The notes under the pieces were generated by a model. That model was not told where the DNA came from. It saw nothing but the letters and a program-made list of their open reading frames with translations, and did not search any database. Shown here piece by piece: positions 61,875 through 64,000 of a stretch of DNA of 64,000 nucleotides; position 1 is the first letter of the stretch; each line of letters begins with the position of its first letter. The stretch covers positions 61,626-125,625 of the forward strand of contig CBDUPA010000008.1 in NCBI GenBank assembly GCA_965368975.1, written 5' to 3'. The translations under genes were made by a program, and so were the position numbers. Source of the stretch: an uncultured bacterium. GTDB taxonomy: Bacteria > Acidobacteriota > Thermoanaerobaculia > Multivoradales > JAHZIX01.

Positions 61875-63083
61875 ATGGAGACGATCGGGCGCGCGCTGCA
61901 TCGCTTCGGCACTCCAGCACACCGACTCGAGGAAGCGCTGTCGACGGTGGTGCACCGGTTGGGGATCGAGGGAGGTTTCTTTTCCACGCCAACGGCGATC
62001 TTCGTTTCGCTGCGCGCCGGTGACGATCACGCGACGCGGCTCTACCGCATGGAACCGGGCGAGGTGAACCTGGAGAAGTTGGTGCAGCTCGACGAGCTGC
62101 TGGTCGAGGTCACGGAAGAGCGGCGCAGCTTGGCCGCCGCGACGACGCGGGCTCGTGCGGTGGTACGGGCACCGCTGCGTTACGGCGCGCGCGCTACCGC
62201 GCTGTCGTTCTCTTTGGTGGCGGCGACCGCCGCGTACTTTCTCGGCGGTGGTATCGCCGAGGTCTTGGCGGCGCTCGGTGTCGGTTTGCTGATCGGCCTG
62301 TTGGGTCTTTGGGTCGAGCGCGTGCCGGGTGGCGGCCGGATCTTCGAGGTGGTGGCCGCGACACTGGCGGCGCTGGTGTCGACCGCCGCCGCCGCGCTGC
62401 TCTATGGTCAGTCCGGTGTCCACCTCTCTAGCTTCGTGGTGGCTCTGGCCGGGTTGATCGTGCTCCTCCCTGGCTTTACTTTGACGGTGGCCATGACCGA
62501 GTTGGCGACGCGTCACCTGGTTTCCGGTGCCGCGCGCCTGGCGGGCGCGGTGCTGGTGTTCGTCATTTTGGGCTTCGGCGTAGCTCTCGGGACGCGCGTC
62601 GGGCAGAGTGTCTTCGGCACGGTGCCGTCGCTGCCGACGCTGCCCCTGGCCGCTGGTGGCAGCGGATGGTGGCTGGATCTCGTCATGGTGGCCGCGGCAG
62701 CGTTGGCCCTCACGACGCTCTTCCGCGCCCATCCGCGCGAAGTCGGCTGGATCTTCCTGGCCGGCCTGCTGGCGGTCCACGGTGGCCGTGCCGGCGCTAC
62801 GCTCCTCGGACCGGAGGTCGGTGCCTTCCTCGGGGCGCTGCTGGTGGGTGTAGGGAGCAATCTGCTGTCGCGCTTGCGCGGCAAGCCCGCAGTGATCACG
62901 CAGATGCCGGGATTGATGTTGCTGGTTCCGGGCAGCGTTGGCCTGCGCGGGGTAGCGGCCATGCTCGACCACGACACGCTGTCCGGCGTGCAAGCAGTCT
63001 TTGCCACGACACTGATCGCCAGTGCGCTGGTTGCTGGCCTGCTACTCGCGAACATACTGCTGCCGGCACGGCGTCCGCTCTAA
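61875..63083 (+). CDS. threonine/serine exporter family membrane protein (ThrE-like, DUF1212+DUF3815)
   Basis: N-terminal cytoplasmic domain then ~10 TM helices with the ThrE pattern. Divergent from the lrp-like gene. The start is at ATG 61875 (GTGGAG RBS) or possibly 61734. Confidence 0.6.
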   Translation: METIGRALHRFGTPAHRLEEALSTVVHRLGIEGGFFSTPTAIFVSLRAGDDHATRLYRMEPGEVNLEKLVQLDELLVEVTEERRSLAAATTRARAVVRAPLRYGARATALSFSLVAATAAYFLGGGIAEVLAALGVGLLIGLLGLWVERVPGGGRIFEVVAATLAALVSTAAAALLYGQSGVHLSSFVVALAGLIVLLPGFTLTVAMTELATRHLVSGAARLAGAVLVFVILGFGVALGTRVGQSVFGTVPSLPTLPLAAGGSGWWLDLVMVAAAALALTTLFRAHPREVGWIFLAGLLAVHGGRAGATLLGPEVGAFLGALLVGVGSNLLSRLRGKPAVITQMPGLMLLVPGSVGLRGVAAMLDHDTLSGVQAVFATTLIASALVAGLLLANILLPARRPL

Positions 63084-63284
63084 CCTCGCCGTTCGCCTGG
63101 GTCTCGTTTGGTGAGTGGCGAGTTCAGCTTGACCGTGTTCGCGCTTCTGTGACACCGTGGACGCGATAGAGACATAGGCTCAACAGAGTCTGGAAGCTGA
63201 AGAAGTCGAAGTTGTTGACGTGCATGCATGCCCGACACCTTCGCTCTGCCAACGCCTCCAAACCCTCTCGGGGAGCCGCACCTG

Positions 63285-63875
63285 ATGAAACTCGTCCGCA
63301 CCGCCGCCGACGTGACCGGCAACGAGGATCTCTTGACCGGCGAAGGACCGAGCCGCTTCGAGCGCTTGCTGCGCCTGGATTGTGCGCTATTGCTGAAGGT
63401 GCGCGGCTGGGAGCGCGATCCGCTCACCCGCCTGATGCGTGCCTGGACGCGGCTGGGAGATCCCGGCTACTCTCTGCTGCTGCCGGCGCTGTTCTTGCTG
63501 CTGTTTCAGGATGGTGCCCGCTACGCCACGTTGTTCGTGGTCGCCAGTGTCTGCGGTGTGCTGGTGTCGCAACTGGTCAAGCGCACGACCCGCCGGCGCC
63601 GGCCCTTGGAGGACCTGGGCGAGCAGGGCTTTGCCGCCTTGCTCGACGCGTCCGACGCCTTTTCGTTTCCTTCGGGCCATGCTTGCGCGGCCTTTGCCGC
63701 GGCGTTCGCGCTGCTCGGTGAGGGCACGATGCTGCTCAGCGGAGGATTGCTTTTCGTGGCTAGTGGCATCGCTGCTTCGCGCGTGTACTTGGGGGTGCAC
63801 TATCCACTGGACGTAGTGGCGGGCATCACTCTCGGTGGCATGATCGGTGTGCTGGTGCGGTACTTCCTAGGCTAG
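63285..63875 (+). CDS. PAP2-superfamily phosphatase
   Basis: KRTTRRRRP (KxxxxxxRP), PSGH, SRVYLGVHYPLDV (SRxxxxxHxxxD) motifs in a multi-TM protein. Confidence 0.75.
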   Translation: MKLVRTAADVTGNEDLLTGEGPSRFERLLRLDCALLLKVRGWERDPLTRLMRAWTRLGDPGYSLLLPALFLLLFQDGARYATLFVVASVCGVLVSQLVKRTTRRRRPLEDLGEQGFAALLDASDAFSFPSGHACAAFAAAFALLGEGTMLLSGGLLFVASGIAASRVYLGVHYPLDVVAGITLGGMIGVLVRYFLG

Positions 63876-63936
63876 GTTTGCTGGGGTGGATCCACGCTGG
63901 GACGGAACCGAGTTGACAAGCCGAAAGGAACCGACA

Positions 63937-64000
63937 TGGACGAAGCGACGCCTGAAGTGACGCCAGCGGTGGTCAGCCAGCCCGGCCACCAGGAGTTGGC
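63937..64000 (+). CDS. 5' end of an unidentified gene (truncated by window end)
   Basis: AAAGGAACC RBS then ATG 63937. The frame is open to the window edge (MDEATPEVTPAVVSQPGHQEL). Confidence 0.3.

Overview
This is a high-GC bacterial chromosomal segment, roughly two-thirds G+C by eye (I did not compute it). It is dense with housekeeping genes of a diderm (Gram-negative-type) bacterium. The taxon cannot be fixed from sequence alone.

Main content, left to right:
- A peptide-scavenging neighbourhood: OPT transporter, glutaminyl cyclase, S46 dipeptidyl-peptidase, and an ABC ATPase plus an ABC-2 permease fused to an M1 aminopeptidase.
- A DUF4339::AIM24 fusion gene.
- tRNA-Gly(CCC).
- A bactofilin gene and ald (alanine dehydrogenase), overlapping by 4 bp.
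- A heptaheme c-type cytochrome fused to TPR repeats.
- An imuA-imuB mutagenesis cassette with no adjacent dnaE2, and a GTTC-repeat candidate operator upstream of imuA.
- rnhA, a TPR/transglutaminase-like lipoprotein, and an orphan HyuA-like hydantoinase.
- A ctaA / FAD-oxidoreductase / polytopic 4Fe-4S protein cluster.
- A bacilliredoxin-like CGC protein.
- A 1.4-kb ORF-poor stretch holding a promoter/terminator-bounded small transcription unit and an aberrant tRNA-like element.
- An SPFH protein with a triplicated N-terminal module.
- PNP, a SAM-dependent methyltransferase, lysS, lolCE-lolD and clpC.
- The classical bamA-skp-lpxD-fabZ-lpxA block, followed by a Gfo/Idh/MocA oxidoreductase.
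- mtnP-surE-pcm-acyP-apt.
- A truncated Phd/YefM-like antitoxin remnant and tRNA-Arg(CCT).
- A TPR-containing Ser/Thr kinase, two secreted proteins, an XRE/DUF2178 pair with a palindromic TTGAC operator candidate, fpr, a LOG-family protein, an lrp/thrE-like divergent pair and a PAP2 phosphatase.

The most striking signal is a ~1.8-kb strongly AT-shifted islet (51361-53150) at the 3' flank of tRNA-Arg. It carries a single 563-aa gene with two ACT domains and a C-terminal TIR/NDT/LOG-like flavodoxin-fold domain. I propose it as a candidate ligand-gated nucleotide-processing or defence module that has not been described.

Several short tandem repeat arrays (21-bp, 15-bp) and inverted repeats lie at gene ends and are reported separately. 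All calls come from reading translations and motifs. No database search was possible.
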